NCBI GenBank assembly: GCA_963743915.1
Contig: CAVURN010000005.1
Location: 256,001-320,000, forward strand
From: an uncultured Actinomycetota bacterium
GTDB lineage: Bacteria; Actinomycetota; Actinomycetes; JAHEKZ01
Length of the DNA: 64,000 nucleotides
Direction: 5' to 3'
Positions within the stretch are counted from its first letter, which is position 1. The number at the start of each line of letters is the position of its first letter. This document shows positions 1 to 10,448 of this stretch, piece by piece. The position numbers and the translations under genes were made by a program. The notes beneath the pieces are model-generated. The model did no database searches. It was not told the DNA's origin and worked only from the letters and a program-made list of their open reading frames with translations.

Positions 1-243
1 TTGAGCTACGACGAGTACGACGTCTCCACCCAGCAGATGTACTCGCACCACTACTCGTTCAGTGACGGCACCTACCGGCTCAACTCCATTCCCTTCCGGT
101 ACGTGTGGCCGGCGGAGCTGGACCTCATGGCTCGCATCGCCGGATTGCATCTCGTGGAGCGCTGGGGCGGCTGGGACCGCGCCCCTTTCACCGCTGAGAG
201 CACGTACCACGTCTCGGTCTGGGAGAAGGAGCCGTCGGCCTAG
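1..243 (+). CDS. Class I SAM-dependent methyltransferase, C-terminal part (truncated by window edge)
   Basis: Tail RYVWPAELDLMARIAGL..ERWGGWDRAPFTAES..HVSVW is typical of an actinobacterial methyltransferase family; the SAM motif lies outside the window. Confidence 0.7.
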   Translation: MSYDEYDVSTQQMYSHHYSFSDGTYRLNSIPFRYVWPAELDLMARIAGLHLVERWGGWDRAPFTAESTYHVSVWEKEPSA

Positions 244-527
244 ACATCCACCGTCAGGCCGATGGTCACGGTGTGCCCCACTTGGAGCTTCTCCGCCCTC
301 CGCACCTTGTCCTTCACCGGCACGATGTATCCGCCGTCCTTCGGAAAGAGCGAGGTCGTCCACTCGGTGCGGCCGATCTGCGCGGAGACCGGGATCATGC
401 CCCATCCATAGCTCACGAGGGGCGAGACGGCCTCCAGCTGCCCACACTCATCGTCCGGGACGGAAACGAAGTGGAACGGTGAAGGCCCCTTCCAGAACCA
501 CATCTGCCCGCTGAACTCCAGGATCAT
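240..527 (-). CDS. DUF1905 domain-containing protein
   Basis: W.GP.PFHFV, YGWGMIPV, W.TSLFPKDGGYIVPVK motifs; TATTCT -10 box just upstream (leaderless). Confidence 0.85.
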   Translation of the reverse strand: MILEFSGQMWFWKGPSPFHFVSVPDDECGQLEAVSPLVSYGWGMIPVSAQIGRTEWTTSLFPKDGGYIVPVKDKVRRAEKLQVGHTVTIGLTVDV

Positions 528-584
528 GCGTCGAGAATAGGCGTCGCACTAGAGTGCACTCCTGGTCTGCGGATGGGGTACACC

Positions 585-1391
585 ATGAACGCACACGACG
601 ATCCGGTCGCGACCTTTCGCCAGCTGCACTCCACGGGATGTTTCGTCATGCCGAACCCTTGGGATGTCGGCAGCGCCCGTGCCCTCGAACGGATGGGCTT
701 TCCTGCTCTGGCCACGACGAGCGCCGGCTTCGCGTGGACACAGGGGCGAGCCGACAACCACGTGACGCTCGAGCGGATGCTCGAACATCTTCGGGCCGTG
801 GTGGGAGCCGTCCAGGTTCCGGTGAACGCCGACTTCGAAGGCGGCTTCGCGGTAGACCCGGTCGACGTGGCGACGAACGTGAGGCTGGCGACGGAAACCG
901 GCATTGCGGGGATCTCGATCGAGGACTCATCGGGTGACAGTGGTGATCCGCTCTTCGAGCTCGAGCTCGCGGTGGACCGGATACAGGCCGCTCGCAGCGC
1001 GATCGACAAGAGTGGCTCAGGCGTCTTCCTCACCGGTCGTTCCGAGGGGTTTGTCTGCGGGCGCCCCGACATCGACGAGACGATCCGAAGGTTGCGCGCC
1101 TACGCCGACGCCGGAGCGGACTGTCTCTATGCCCCGCGCATCAGCAGCCTCGAGCACGTGGTCGCGATCGTGTCAGCGGTGGCGCCCAAGCCGGTGAACC
1201 TGCTGATCAACTCCCCCTTCACCACGGTCGCGGAGGCGGCACGGCTCGGCGTCCGGCGGATCAGTGTCGGAGGAACGCTCGCGCGCACTGCCTGGAAGGG
1301 CTTCTTCGAGGCCGCGAAGGAGATCGCTGACACGGGAACCTTCACGCGCTTCGAGCACCTGCCGGATGTCGATGCCTTGATGGACAGGTGA
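585..1391 (+). CDS. Isocitrate lyase/PEP mutase family protein
   Basis: [45 protein letters not shown]. Confidence 0.9.
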   Translation: MNAHDDPVATFRQLHSTGCFVMPNPWDVGSARALERMGFPALATTSAGFAWTQGRADNHVTLERMLEHLRAVVGAVQVPVNADFEGGFAVDPVDVATNVRLATETGIAGISIEDSSGDSGDPLFELELAVDRIQAARSAIDKSGSGVFLTGRSEGFVCGRPDIDETIRRLRAYADAGADCLYAPRISSLEHVVAIVSAVAPKPVNLLINSPFTTVAEAARLGVRRISVGGTLARTAWKGFFEAAKEIADTGTFTRFEHLPDVDALMDR

Positions 1392-1442
1392 CGTTCGAGG
1401 TCACCGTTGATCGAGCGGTACCAGCCGGGTCAGAATCGGGCC

Positions 1443-1721
1443 ATGTACCGGTCGGCGGATCCCGAGGATGGCGCCTCTCCCGCGGTGGATCCGGTCCAAA
1501 GGACGTACGACACCACCCTCACCGTGGAAGTCGACGGAGAGCTGTTTGCGGTCAGCGTGGGGACGGACGGCGACAATGACTACGTCTGGCTGACCGGCCC
1601 CAACCCCGGTTACGGCTTCGGTGAGAGTGGCCCGTTCGAGCGTTCGCTGGTCGACCACCGTGCGGCGATCCGGAACTTCCTCGACCAGATCGACCCGGAG
1701 ACGGGCTACATCGAGGAGTGA
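1443..1721 (+). CDS. Small conserved hypothetical protein
   Basis: WLTGPNPGYGF...IRNFLDQIDPETGYIE; normal high-GC codon usage; start uncertain (1407 or 1443). Confidence 0.65.
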   Translation: MYRSADPEDGASPAVDPVQRTYDTTLTVEVDGELFAVSVGTDGDNDYVWLTGPNPGYGFGESGPFERSLVDHRAAIRNFLDQIDPETGYIEE

Positions 1722-1733
1722 GAGTGTGAGAGC

Positions 1734-2120
1734 TCACTTCGGAGTGGGCCAGCCTCCATAAGGCACCGTCAGGATCTCCAGGACGTGACCGTCAGGGTCG
1801 TCCCAGTACAAACCACGGCCACCGTCGTTGGTGTTGATCTGCTGCTCGAGCTCGTGGGAGGGGTCGGCCCAGTAGGGCAACCCCCTGTCGACCAGACGCC
1901 CGTGGATGGCGTCGAACTCGGCCTCGCTGACCAGGAATGCGTAGTGCTGGGCGTGCACTTCTCCCTCCAGAAAGTCCAGCGAGATCCCGTTCGCCACCTC
2001 CACGACCGCGAAGGGGCCGAAGCTGCCTGGCTCGGGCAATCCGAGCAGCTCCGCCAAGAACCGCGCCGACCTGGTCTTGTCGCGGCAGTAGACGATGGTG
2101 TGGTTCAACTCGACCGGCAT
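1734..2120 (-). CDS. VOC (glyoxalase/bleomycin resistance) family protein
   Basis: LNHTIV, QHYAFLV, GGRGLYWDDPDGHVLEI; GGAGG RBS. Confidence 0.9.
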   Translation of the reverse strand: MPVELNHTIVYCRDKTRSARFLAELLGLPEPGSFGPFAVVEVANGISLDFLEGEVHAQHYAFLVSEAEFDAIHGRLVDRGLPYWADPSHELEQQINTNDGGRGLYWDDPDGHVLEILTVPYGGWPTPK

Positions 2121-2313
2121 CATGTCCTCCGGAGGCGTGTGGCTGCTCACTCTTCACTCTGGCACGAGCATCGTCCAGTGCTCTCCGCCAATCCGGTCTT
2201 CCGTAGCTCGGCACGGACGCCCTCCCGGTCAACGTCACGACACGCTGAAGTGGACCCCACCGGACGCGGCATCTGGTGGATCTCACCCGCCGGTGGTTGC
2301 CTACGATGCGTCC

Positions 2314-2508
2314 ATGAACGACGAGCCCTCCTTGCCGAAGGTCGGCGCACCCGCGACTCGTGCGCTCAACGCCGCTGGCTATCACTCGGTCAAGGACCTC
2401 GACGGTGCAAGCCGTAGGGCGTTGCTGGCACTTCACGGAGTGGGCCCCCGCGCTCTCCGAATCCTGGACGAGGCCATGCGTGAGGGCGAGTTCTCACTGA
2501 CCGACTAG
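2314..2508 (+). CDS. Small helix-hairpin-helix / RNAP alpha-CTD-like DNA-binding protein
   Basis: LPKVGAPATRALNAAGY..V.DL......LLALHGVGPRAL; TACGAT -10 box just before the ATG. Confidence 0.75.
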   Translation: MNDEPSLPKVGAPATRALNAAGYHSVKDLDGASRRALLALHGVGPRALRILDEAMREGEFSLTD

Positions 2509-2523
2509 AACCGTCGCCACTGA

Positions 2524-3597
2524 TCAGACGTTGAAGCGGAACTCCACCACGTCGCCGTCGTGCATGACGTAGTCCTTGCCCTCCATGCGGACTTTGCCCG
2601 CAGCTTTGGCATCTGCCATCGAACCGGTGGAGACCAGGTCGGCGAACGACACGACCTCCGCCTTGATGAACCCACGTTGGAAGTCGGTATGGATCACGCC
2701 TGCGGCCTCGGGGGCCGTGGCGCCCTTGCGGATCGTCCAGGCCCGGGCCTCCTTCGGGCCGGCAGTCAGGTACGTCTGAAGACCGAGCGTGTCGAAGCCG
2801 ACCCGCGCCAGCAGATCCAGCCCACTCTCCTCCTGGCCGATCGACTGCAGCAGCTCCAGAGCCTCGGCCTCGTCGAGCTCGACGAGCTCGGCCTCGATCT
2901 TGGCGTCGAGGAAGATCGCCTCGGCGGGAGCCACGAGGGCGCGCATCTCGTCCTTCAGGGACTCGTTGACGAGCTCAGACTCGTCCATGTTGAAGACGTA
3001 GAGGAACGGCTTGGCTGTCAGCAGGAAGAGCTCACGCAGCGGTTCGAGGTCGAGACCCGCCGCGAACACGGTCGTTCCGGAGTCGAGTACGGCCTTGGCC
3101 TCCTCGACCGCCGCGACTTGGTCGCCCTTGCCCTTCACCAGGCGCGCCTCCTTCTGGAGTCGAGGCAGCGACTTCTCGAGGGTCTGCAGGTCGGCGAGGA
3201 TCAGCTCGGTGTTGATGGTCTCGATGTCGTCCTTGGGTGACACAGCGCCGTCGACGTGCACGACGTCCGGGTCGTCGAAGACCCGAATCACCTGGCAGAT
3301 CGCGTCGGCCTCGCGGATGTGGGAGAGGAACTTGTTGCCCAGGCCTTGTCCCTCGGACGCCCCCCGCACGATGCCCGCGATGTCGACGAAGGAGACCGTT
3401 GCTGGGAGGGTTCGCTCCGAACCGAACATCTTCGCCAGCACGGGGAGCCGTTCATCGGGTACGCCGACGACCCCCACATTGGGCTCGATCGTGGCGAACG
3501 GGTAGTTCGCCGCGAGGACGTCGTTCTTGGTCAAGGCGTTGAAGAGCGTGGACTTTCCGACGTTGGGAAGCCCGACGATGCCGATGGTGAGTGCCAC
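2524..3597 (-). CDS. ychF: Redox-regulated ATPase YchF
   Basis: GIVGLPNVGKST, NYPFATIEPN, DIAG, C-terminal GKDYVMHDGDVVEFRFNV. Confidence 0.98.
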   Translation of the reverse strand: MALTIGIVGLPNVGKSTLFNALTKNDVLAANYPFATIEPNVGVVGVPDERLPVLAKMFGSERTLPATVSFVDIAGIVRGASEGQGLGNKFLSHIREADAICQVIRVFDDPDVVHVDGAVSPKDDIETINTELILADLQTLEKSLPRLQKEARLVKGKGDQVAAVEEAKAVLDSGTTVFAAGLDLEPLRELFLLTAKPFLYVFNMDESELVNESLKDEMRALVAPAEAIFLDAKIEAELVELDEAEALELLQSIGQEESGLDLLARVGFDTLGLQTYLTAGPKEARAWTIRKGATAPEAAGVIHTDFQRGFIKAEVVSFADLVSTGSMADAKAAGKVRMEGKDYVMHDGDVVEFRFNV

Positions 3598-3659
3598 GAG
3601 CCACCATCGTACGGACGCGCCTGACCGGACTTGTCAGTCCCTCCGGGCACTCTGGTGCC

Positions 3660-4778
3660 ATGGACGTCACCACTGGTCTGCTGCTCACGCTCCTCGCACT
3701 GCTCGTCGGCGCCGCCATCGGCGCCGGACTGACGTGGCGACTCGCCACCCACAGGCTCCAGGACGCCCGCTCGGACACCCTCCCGACGGTCGCGCCCGAA
3801 CAGCTCATCGCGCCGGTGACCGAAGCACTCACGCGGGTCGAGCAACAGCTGTTGGACGCCGAACGCCACCGCGCGCAGGCCCACGGCCAGCTGCAGGCCG
3901 AGGTGAAGGCGATGAACGAGACGTCCCAGCTGCTGCGCACCGAGGCGTCCTCGTTGGTGGCCGCTCTCCGGGCCCCCCAGACACGCGGTCGCTGGGGTGA
4001 GGTGCAGCTTCGCCGAGTCGTCGAGCTGGCCGGTCTGGTGGAGCACTGCGACTTCACCGAGCAGCTGACGGTGGGCCGCTCCGACGACCGCCAGCGCCCC
4101 GACCTCGTCATCCACCTCGCCGGCGGCAAGAACATCGTGGTCGACGCCAAGGTGCCCTTCGCTGCCTACCTCGAGGCGAGCGCAGCGACCGATGAGGCGA
4201 CCGCGCTCGACCGCCGGGCCGCCCACGCACGCCATCTGCGCACCCACATCGACCAGCTCGCAGCCCGCGGGTACTGGGAGGCGCTCGCGCCCACCCCCGA
4301 GTTCGTCGTCCTGTTCGTCCCTGCGGAACCGTTCCTGTCGGCCGCACTCGACCACGACCCGACGCTGCTCGAGCACGCCTTCGCGCAGCAGGTCGTCGTG
4401 GCGACGCCGAACACCCTGGTGGCGCTGCTCCGGACCGTCGCCTACACGTGGAGGCAGGACGCTCTCACCGACAACGCCCAAGCGGTGCTGGCGACCGGAC
4501 GCGAGCTGCACCAGCGGCTGGGCACCCTCGGTGGCCACCTGACGAAGGTCGGGTCCTCCCTGGAGGCCAGCGTCCGGGCCTACAACCAGGTCGTCGGCTC
4601 GCTGGAGTCCAGGGTGCTGGTGACCGCCCGTCGGTTCCACGACCTCAAGGTGGTCGACGAGCCCGTGGCCGCCCCGCACACCATCGACCTCGCCCCTCGG
4701 TTCCCGCAGGCGGTCGAGCTGTCCGACTCGCTCGAGCCACCGGGGTCCGACACCGAGCTGCCCCGGGCCACCGGGTGA
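3660..4778 (+). CDS. rmuC: DNA recombination protein RmuC
   Basis: N-terminal TM and coiled coil; RGRWGEVQLRRVVE, RPD..I.L..GK.IVVDAKVP, PEFVVLFVP. Confidence 0.93.
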   Translation: MDVTTGLLLTLLALLVGAAIGAGLTWRLATHRLQDARSDTLPTVAPEQLIAPVTEALTRVEQQLLDAERHRAQAHGQLQAEVKAMNETSQLLRTEASSLVAALRAPQTRGRWGEVQLRRVVELAGLVEHCDFTEQLTVGRSDDRQRPDLVIHLAGGKNIVVDAKVPFAAYLEASAATDEATALDRRAAHARHLRTHIDQLAARGYWEALAPTPEFVVLFVPAEPFLSAALDHDPTLLEHAFAQQVVVATPNTLVALLRTVAYTWRQDALTDNAQAVLATGRELHQRLGTLGGHLTKVGSSLEASVRAYNQVVGSLESRVLVTARRFHDLKVVDEPVAAPHTIDLAPRFPQAVELSDSLEPPGSDTELPRATG

Positions 4779-4814
4779 CCTGACGGGACTGCTGAAGGCC
4801 TTACGGTAGGCGGT

Positions 4815-5279
4815 GTGTCCGCAACCGTCAGCAGTGATCGGCGCCCCAGCGTGAGCGCACCGGAAGGTCCACGGGAGCCCGAGGGTCGGCTGGTCCGATC
4901 CACCGCCCGGCTCGGCCTGACGTCCACCGGGGTGGCCCTGATCAGTGTCGCCGTCGGTCTGGTGGCGTCGATCATCGCGGAGCTGGTGACCGATGGGCTC
5001 GGCTGGGTCTTCGCCGTTCCCTTCATTCTGGTGTCGGTCTACTGCGCCTTCGAGGTGTCCGCCTCACAGCTGCGGGCCGCCGTCGTCACCCCGCCCCTCG
5101 TGGCCCTGCTGGTGGCGGTGATCAACCCGATCTGGGCATCGGGCCAGGTGGCCGGAGTTCGCGGCTGGACCGTCAAGACCCTGACCACGCTCACGACGAT
5201 GGCTCCGACTCTGCTGCTGGCGACCGGCCTGGCCGCGGCGATCGTCGGCTGGCGTTACTGGCGCGGTCGTTCGACCTGA
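4815..5279 (+). CDS. DUF6542-like membrane protein
   Basis: About 4 TM segments, AAVVTPPL; conserved position next to ispH and rmuC. Confidence 0.7.
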   Translation: MSATVSSDRRPSVSAPEGPREPEGRLVRSTARLGLTSTGVALISVAVGLVASIIAELVTDGLGWVFAVPFILVSVYCAFEVSASQLRAAVVTPPLVALLVAVINPIWASGQVAGVRGWTVKTLTTLTTMAPTLLLATGLAAAIVGWRYWRGRST

Positions 5280-5291
5280 CGGTGACCCCCG

Positions 5292-6254
5292 TCACGCCTT
5301 GGCGGCCGCCTTCAGGTCCCGCCGCAGCTCCTGCGGCAGCGAGAAGACCAGCGACTCCTCGGCCGCGTTGACCGTCTCGACGTCGCCGTAGCCGCGCTCG
5401 GCGAGCCACGACAGCACACCCTCCACCAGGTCCTCCGGCACCGAGGCGCCGCTGGTGACGCCGACCGTCGACACCCCTTCGAGCCAGGCGGCGTCCACCT
5501 CGTCGGCGTTGTCGACGCGTATTGCGGACTTCGCGCCGGCATTCAGAGCGACCTCGACGAGGCGGACCGAGTTCGACGAGTTGCCCGACCCCACGACCAG
5601 CACGAGGTCGGAGTCCGAGGCCATCAGCTTCACGGCGGCCTGGCGGTTCTGCGTGGCGTAGCAGATGTCGTCGCTGGGTGGGCTCATCAGGTTGGGGTAC
5701 CGCTGGCGCAGCCGATCGACGGTCTCCATGGTCTCGTCCACCGACAACGTGGTCTGCGACAGCCACACCACCTTGTCGGGGTCAGGGACGTGCACGTCAT
5801 CGACGTGGTCGGGTCCGTCGACCAGAGTGATGTGCTCCGGCGCCTGGCCCGAGGTCCCCACGACTTCCTCATGACCCTCGTGGCCGATGAGCAGGATCTG
5901 ATACCCCTCGTTCGAGAACCGGCGCGCCTCGTGATGCACCTTGGTCACCAGGGGGCACGTGGCGTCGATCGTCCGCAGGTTCCGCTGAGCCGCCTCCTCG
6001 TGCACCGAGGGTGCGACCCCGTGGGCGGAGAAGATCACCAGGGCGCCCTCCGGCACCTCGTCGTTCTCGTCGACGAAGATCGCCCCGCGGGCCTCGAGGT
6101 CCTCGACCACGTGTCTGTTGTGGACGATCTGCTTGCGGACGTACACCGGGGCACCGTAGAGCTCCAGCGCCTTCTCGACCGTGACCACGGCTCGGTCCAC
6201 ACCGGCGCAGTAGCCCCGGGGGGAGGCGAGGAGCACGCGCTTGGCCGACGACAT
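5292..6254 (-). CDS. ispH: 4-hydroxy-3-methylbut-2-enyl diphosphate reductase
   Basis: [41 protein letters not shown]. Confidence 0.98.
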   Translation of the reverse strand: MSSAKRVLLASPRGYCAGVDRAVVTVEKALELYGAPVYVRKQIVHNRHVVEDLEARGAIFVDENDEVPEGALVIFSAHGVAPSVHEEAAQRNLRTIDATCPLVTKVHHEARRFSNEGYQILLIGHEGHEEVVGTSGQAPEHITLVDGPDHVDDVHVPDPDKVVWLSQTTLSVDETMETVDRLRQRYPNLMSPPSDDICYATQNRQAAVKLMASDSDLVLVVGSGNSSNSVRLVEVALNAGAKSAIRVDNADEVDAAWLEGVSTVGVTSGASVPEDLVEGVLSWLAERGYGDVETVNAAEESLVFSLPQELRRDLKAAAKA

Positions 6255-6337
6255 GCCTCCATCGTAGGTGGCCGAGTCAGGGACGCGACCGGTGGAAGAG
6301 CGGCGGCGTGAGGGTGGGGGCCCGTACGCTCGGCGCC

Positions 6338-7555
6338 GTGGCCCTGCAGACCTCTCCTGAGAAGCCGGCCGCCGTTCGGACGGTGGCCAAGGCGGTCGCG
6401 GGTTGGATCGACCGGCTCGGCGCCATCTGGGTCGAGGGGCAGGTGGCGCAGCTGAGCCGGCGGCCCGGTGCCGGCATGATCTTCCTCACCCTGCGGGACA
6501 CCGCCGCCGACCTGTCCGTCACCGTGACGTGCTCGCGACGCGTCCTGGACGCCGCCGAGCCCACCATCGCCGAAGGTGACCGGATCGTCGTCTTCGCCAA
6601 GCCTTCGTTCTACGCCGCCCGCGGCACCTTCTCCCTCGCTGCCAGCGAGATCCGGCACGTCGGGCTCGGCGAGCTGCTTGCGCGTCTCGAGCGTCTCAAG
6701 TCCACCCTGGCCGCTGAGGGGCTCTTCGCGGTGGACCGCAAGCGGCCACTGCCGTTCCTGCCACGCGGCATCGGCCTCATCTGCGGACGGGCGTCCGCCG
6801 CCGAGCGCGACGTCGTCGAGAACGCGCGACGGCGCTGGCCCTCCGTGCAGTTCGTGACGCGTGAGGTGGCCGTGCAGGGGCCGACAGCTGCGGCTGCGGT
6901 GACCGCCGCGCTGCGTGAGCTCGACGCGGACCACCACGTCGACGTGATCGTCATCACCCGTGGGGGCGGTTCGGTGGAGGACCTGCTTCCGTTCTCGGAG
7001 GAGGGCCTGATCCGGGCGGTGGCGTCCGCGGCCACCCCGGTCGTGAGCGCCATCGGGCACGAGCAGGACTCCCCCCTGCTCGACCTCGTCGCCGACGTGC
7101 GGGCCTCCACACCGACGGACGCCGCGCGCCGGGTGGTGCCGGACGTCGAGGCGGAGCTCGACGCAGTGCTGAAGGCCCGGGGCCGAGTCCGCGAGGCAGT
7201 GCTGCTCCACCTCAACCGCGAGCAGCAAGGTCTCGACCACCTGCGGAGCCGGCCGGTGCTGGCCCAGCCCCAGACACTCGTCGATGCCCAGCAGTCCCTG
7301 GTCACCGACCTCGTCCGCCGGGCCCGGCGGAGCCTGACCACCCGCCTCGAGAACGCCACGCACGACCTGGCCCACACCCGGGCGCGGGTCCGGGCACTCT
7401 CTCCCCAGGCCACGCTCGACCGCGGCTACGCGCTCGTACAGACCGCTGAAGGAGCGGTCGTGCGTGAGCCGCCGCCACTGCATGCGCCGTTGCTCGTCCG
7501 CGTGGCAGCTGGCTCCTTCTCCGCCACCCGCACCGAACCCACGGAGGCCCCATGA
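6338..7555 (+). CDS. xseA: Exodeoxyribonuclease VII large subunit
   Basis: WVEGQ OB-fold, [31 protein letters not shown]. Confidence 0.96.
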   Translation: MALQTSPEKPAAVRTVAKAVAGWIDRLGAIWVEGQVAQLSRRPGAGMIFLTLRDTAADLSVTVTCSRRVLDAAEPTIAEGDRIVVFAKPSFYAARGTFSLAASEIRHVGLGELLARLERLKSTLAAEGLFAVDRKRPLPFLPRGIGLICGRASAAERDVVENARRRWPSVQFVTREVAVQGPTAAAAVTAALRELDADHHVDVIVITRGGGSVEDLLPFSEEGLIRAVASAATPVVSAIGHEQDSPLLDLVADVRASTPTDAARRVVPDVEAELDAVLKARGRVREAVLLHLNREQQGLDHLRSRPVLAQPQTLVDAQQSLVTDLVRRARRSLTTRLENATHDLAHTRARVRALSPQATLDRGYALVQTAEGAVVREPPPLHAPLLVRVAAGSFSATRTEPTEAP

Positions 7556-7770
7556 CCGACGCCGCAGCCACGCCCGAGATCGGGTACGAGGCGGCCCGCG
7601 ACGAGCTCATCGACGTGGTCAAAAGACTCGAGGGTGGAGGCTTGACGCTCGAGGAGTCCATCGCGCTCTGGGAGCGCGGCGAGGCACTGGCCACCATCTG
7701 TCAGACCTGGCTCGAGGGCGCGCGCGCCCGGTTGGCGGCCGTGGCCCCCGAGGACGCCGAGGAGGCCTAG
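7552..7770 (+). CDS. xseB: Exodeoxyribonuclease VII small subunit
   Basis: [26 protein letters not shown]; ATGA overlap with xseA. Confidence 0.96.
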   Translation: MTDAAATPEIGYEAARDELIDVVKRLEGGGLTLEESIALWERGEALATICQTWLEGARARLAAVAPEDAEEA

Positions 7771-7781
7771 CCACGCAACCG

Positions 7782-8354
7782 TCAGCGCAGCGACGAGGCC
7801 AGCTCGGCCAGCTCAGGGACGTCTGCCTTTCCCGTCACGACGACGGTCACCGGCGGGTTGAGCCGATCGCGCACCAACACCAGTGCCTGCTGTCGGGTGG
7901 TCTCGGACTCCAGCTGCTGCCACGCCACCCCGTCGATCTCGACCTCACCCACGGGTAGCGCGCCGTCGAGCCACTCGTCGATGACGATGGCCGTCGAGGC
8001 GTCCGTCTGCTTCACCTCGGCATAGGAGTCGTCCGGCGTCACGTATCCCACGTGCAGGACACCGCCGTCGACGCCCGAGACGGTTGCACTGTCGAACCAG
8101 GCGCTGGTCGCCGTCCAGCCCTGGGGTGGCTTCGGCTCCCAGACCGCGAACGGTTCACCGGAACGCACCTGCGTCACCACGCGCTCGACGTCGACCGCTG
8201 GGCGGATCGGCCCTTGCACCTCGGGCCGCTGCCAGGCCACGACCCAGTAGGTGGCGAGCACCACGACGCCCACGACCGCCATGGACAGCACGATGTCGCG
8301 GATCGTCTCCGACCCTCGTCGGCGTCCCGGCCCGGAGCCAGCGGTGGATGTCAC
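7782..8354 (-). CDS. DUF4245 domain membrane protein
   Basis: RDIVLSM plus TM, P.GWTATSA, HVGYVTP...YA...Q; conserved position between xseB and glpX. Confidence 0.8.
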   Translation of the reverse strand: MTSTAGSGPGRRRGSETIRDIVLSMAVVGVVVLATYWVVAWQRPEVQGPIRPAVDVERVVTQVRSGEPFAVWEPKPPQGWTATSAWFDSATVSGVDGGVLHVGYVTPDDSYAEVKQTDASTAIVIDEWLDGALPVGEVEIDGVAWQQLESETTRQQALVLVRDRLNPPVTVVVTGKADVPELAELASSLR

Positions 8355-8541
8355 ACGTCCATGGTTCCTCATGAACGGCCGAAGGGCGTCTTTGCGGGCG
8401 CATCGGACACTGATCGGCGTACTCCGGGCCACGTGCTCCATCCGGGGGCCGAGGGGACTGAGCACTCCGATTCACGTTGGCACCGATGAGAGCCGGATCC
8501 GCGACGGATACGATCGACCCAGCCGACGTGAGGGGACCACC

Positions 8542-9540
8542 GTGACCGAGAGCTCGACCAAAGAGACGCCCGACCGCAACCTGGGACTCGAGCTCGGCCG
8601 GGTCACTGAGGCCGCCGCGATCGCCGCCTCCCGTTGGGTCGGGCGCGGCGACAAGAACGGCGCGGACGCCGCGGCCGTCGAGGCCATGCGTCAGCTGATC
8701 AACACCGTGAGCATGAACGGCACCGTCGTCATCGGCGAGGGCGAGAAGGACGACGCACCGATGCTCTTCAACGGCGAGAAGGTGGGCGACGGCACCGGCC
8801 CGGACGTCGACGTCGCGGTGGACCCGGTGGACGGCACCACGCTGACCGCCAAGGGCATGAACAACGCTGTCTCGGTGATCGCCGTCGCGGAGCGAGGCAC
8901 CATGTTCGACCCCTCCGCCGTCTTCTACATGGAGAAGCTCGCCGCCGGCCCCGAGGCGTCCGATGTCGTGGACATCCGCCTGCCGGCGAAGGAGAACATC
9001 CGCCGAGTGGCCAAGGCCAAGGGCATCGAGGTTCAGGACGTCACCGTCTGCGTCCTCGACCGTCCCCGTCACGACGGTCTCGTCCAAGAGATCCGCGCCA
9101 CAGGCGCTCGGATCAAGTTCATCTCGGACGGCGACGTCGCCGGCGCGATCATGGCGTGCCGCGAGGACACCGGCGTCGACCTGTTGCTCGGGATCGGCGG
9201 TACCCCCGAGGGGATCATCTCCGCGGTGGCCATCAAGTGCTTGGGCGGCGTGATCCAAGGACGCCTGTGGCCGCAGGACGACGATGAGCGACAGAAGGCG
9301 ATCGATGCCGGACACGACCTGTCGGCGATCCTGGCGACCGACGACCTCGTCAGCAGCGACAACTGCTTCTTCGCCGCCACCGGTGTCACCGACGGCGAGC
9401 TCCTGCACGGGGTCCGCTTCCACTCCGAGGGCGCTACCACGCAGACGCTGGTCATGCGCAGCAAGAGCGGCACGATCCGGTTCATGGAGAGCGACCACCG
9501 GCTCGGCAAGCTCAGGCGCTACGCGGCGGTGCAGTTCTGA
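8542..9540 (+). CDS. glpX: Class II fructose-1,6-bisphosphatase
   Basis: [39 protein letters not shown]. Confidence 0.97.
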   Translation: MTESSTKETPDRNLGLELGRVTEAAAIAASRWVGRGDKNGADAAAVEAMRQLINTVSMNGTVVIGEGEKDDAPMLFNGEKVGDGTGPDVDVAVDPVDGTTLTAKGMNNAVSVIAVAERGTMFDPSAVFYMEKLAAGPEASDVVDIRLPAKENIRRVAKAKGIEVQDVTVCVLDRPRHDGLVQEIRATGARIKFISDGDVAGAIMACREDTGVDLLLGIGGTPEGIISAVAIKCLGGVIQGRLWPQDDDERQKAIDAGHDLSAILATDDLVSSDNCFFAATGVTDGELLHGVRFHSEGATTQTLVMRSKSGTIRFMESDHRLGKLRRYAAVQF

Positions 9541-9569
9541 CCTCCGAGGGGGCGATCGTCCTCGACGAG

Positions 9570-10448
9570 GTGGTCAAGCACTACGGTCCGATCACCGCCG
9601 TCGATGGGATCTCACTCACGGTTCCCCGCGGCATCGTGCTGGGGCTCCTGGGTCCCAACGGCGCAGGCAAGTCCACGACCATGCGGATGCTGACCGGGCA
9701 GACGCGACCCTCGTCCGGCCGCATCACCGTGCTCGGCCACGACGTCGCCACGGAGTCGAAGCAGGCACGCGCCCGCATGGGGGTGGTCCCGCAGCTGGAC
9801 AACCTCGACACCGAGCTCACCGTGGAGCAGAACCTGGCGATGTTCTCGGTTCTCTACCGGATCCCGCGACGCGAGCGGCACGACGCCGTGGAGCGCGCCC
9901 TCGACGTCGCACAGCTGCGCGACCGCCGGGACGCGAAGGTCACCGAGATCTCCGGTGGCATGAAGCGCCGGCTGCTGATCGCTCGGGGTCTGGTGCACCA
10001 GCCGGAGCTCGTGCTGCTCGACGAGCCGACTGTGGGTCTCGACCCACAGGTGCGCCAGGAGCTCTGGTCGCTCATCGACGCCCTGCGCAGCCAGGGAACG
10101 ACCGTTCTGATGTCCACGCACTACATCGAGGAGGCCGAGCGGCTCGCCGACGACGTCGCCGTCGTCTCCCACGGGAAGATCGTGGCGCAGGGCAGGCCCC
10201 ACGAGCTGCGCGCCGCCCACGTCGGGGAACGCACCACCGAGTACTACGGACCGCCGGACCGGCTGGCCGCCATCGAGCAGGACGCCCACGGGGCCGGGCT
10301 CGCCACTCGGCGCACCGGCCCTTCCATCGCCGTCCTGAGATCCGAAACAGCTTCGGAGGAGCTGCTCACCCGGCTCGGCGACGGCGTCCACCGTCCGGCC
10401 AGCCTCGAGGACGTCTTCGTGCTGCTCACGGGCGAGGTGCTGGATTGA
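9570..10448 (+). CDS. ABC exporter ATP-binding protein (NodI/DrrA-like)
   Basis: GPNGAGKST, ISGGMKRRL, LLDEPT, STHYIEEAERL; true start may be an in-frame CTG at 9537. Confidence 0.9.
   Translation: MVKHYGPITAVDGISLTVPRGIVLGLLGPNGAGKSTTMRMLTGQTRPSSGRITVLGHDVATESKQARARMGVVPQLDNLDTELTVEQNLAMFSVLYRIPRRERHDAVERALDVAQLRDRRDAKVTEISGGMKRRLLIARGLVHQPELVLLDEPTVGLDPQVRQELWSLIDALRSQGTTVLMSTHYIEEAERLADDVAVVSHGKIVAQGRPHELRAAHVGERTTEYYGPPDRLAAIEQDAHGAGLATRRTGPSIAVLRSETASEELLTRLGDGVHRPASLEDVFVLLTGEVLD

Noticed and set aside
2250-2286. Weak hairpin between the VOC and HhH genes
   Set aside because: Too many mismatches to exceed chance expectation in high-GC DNA
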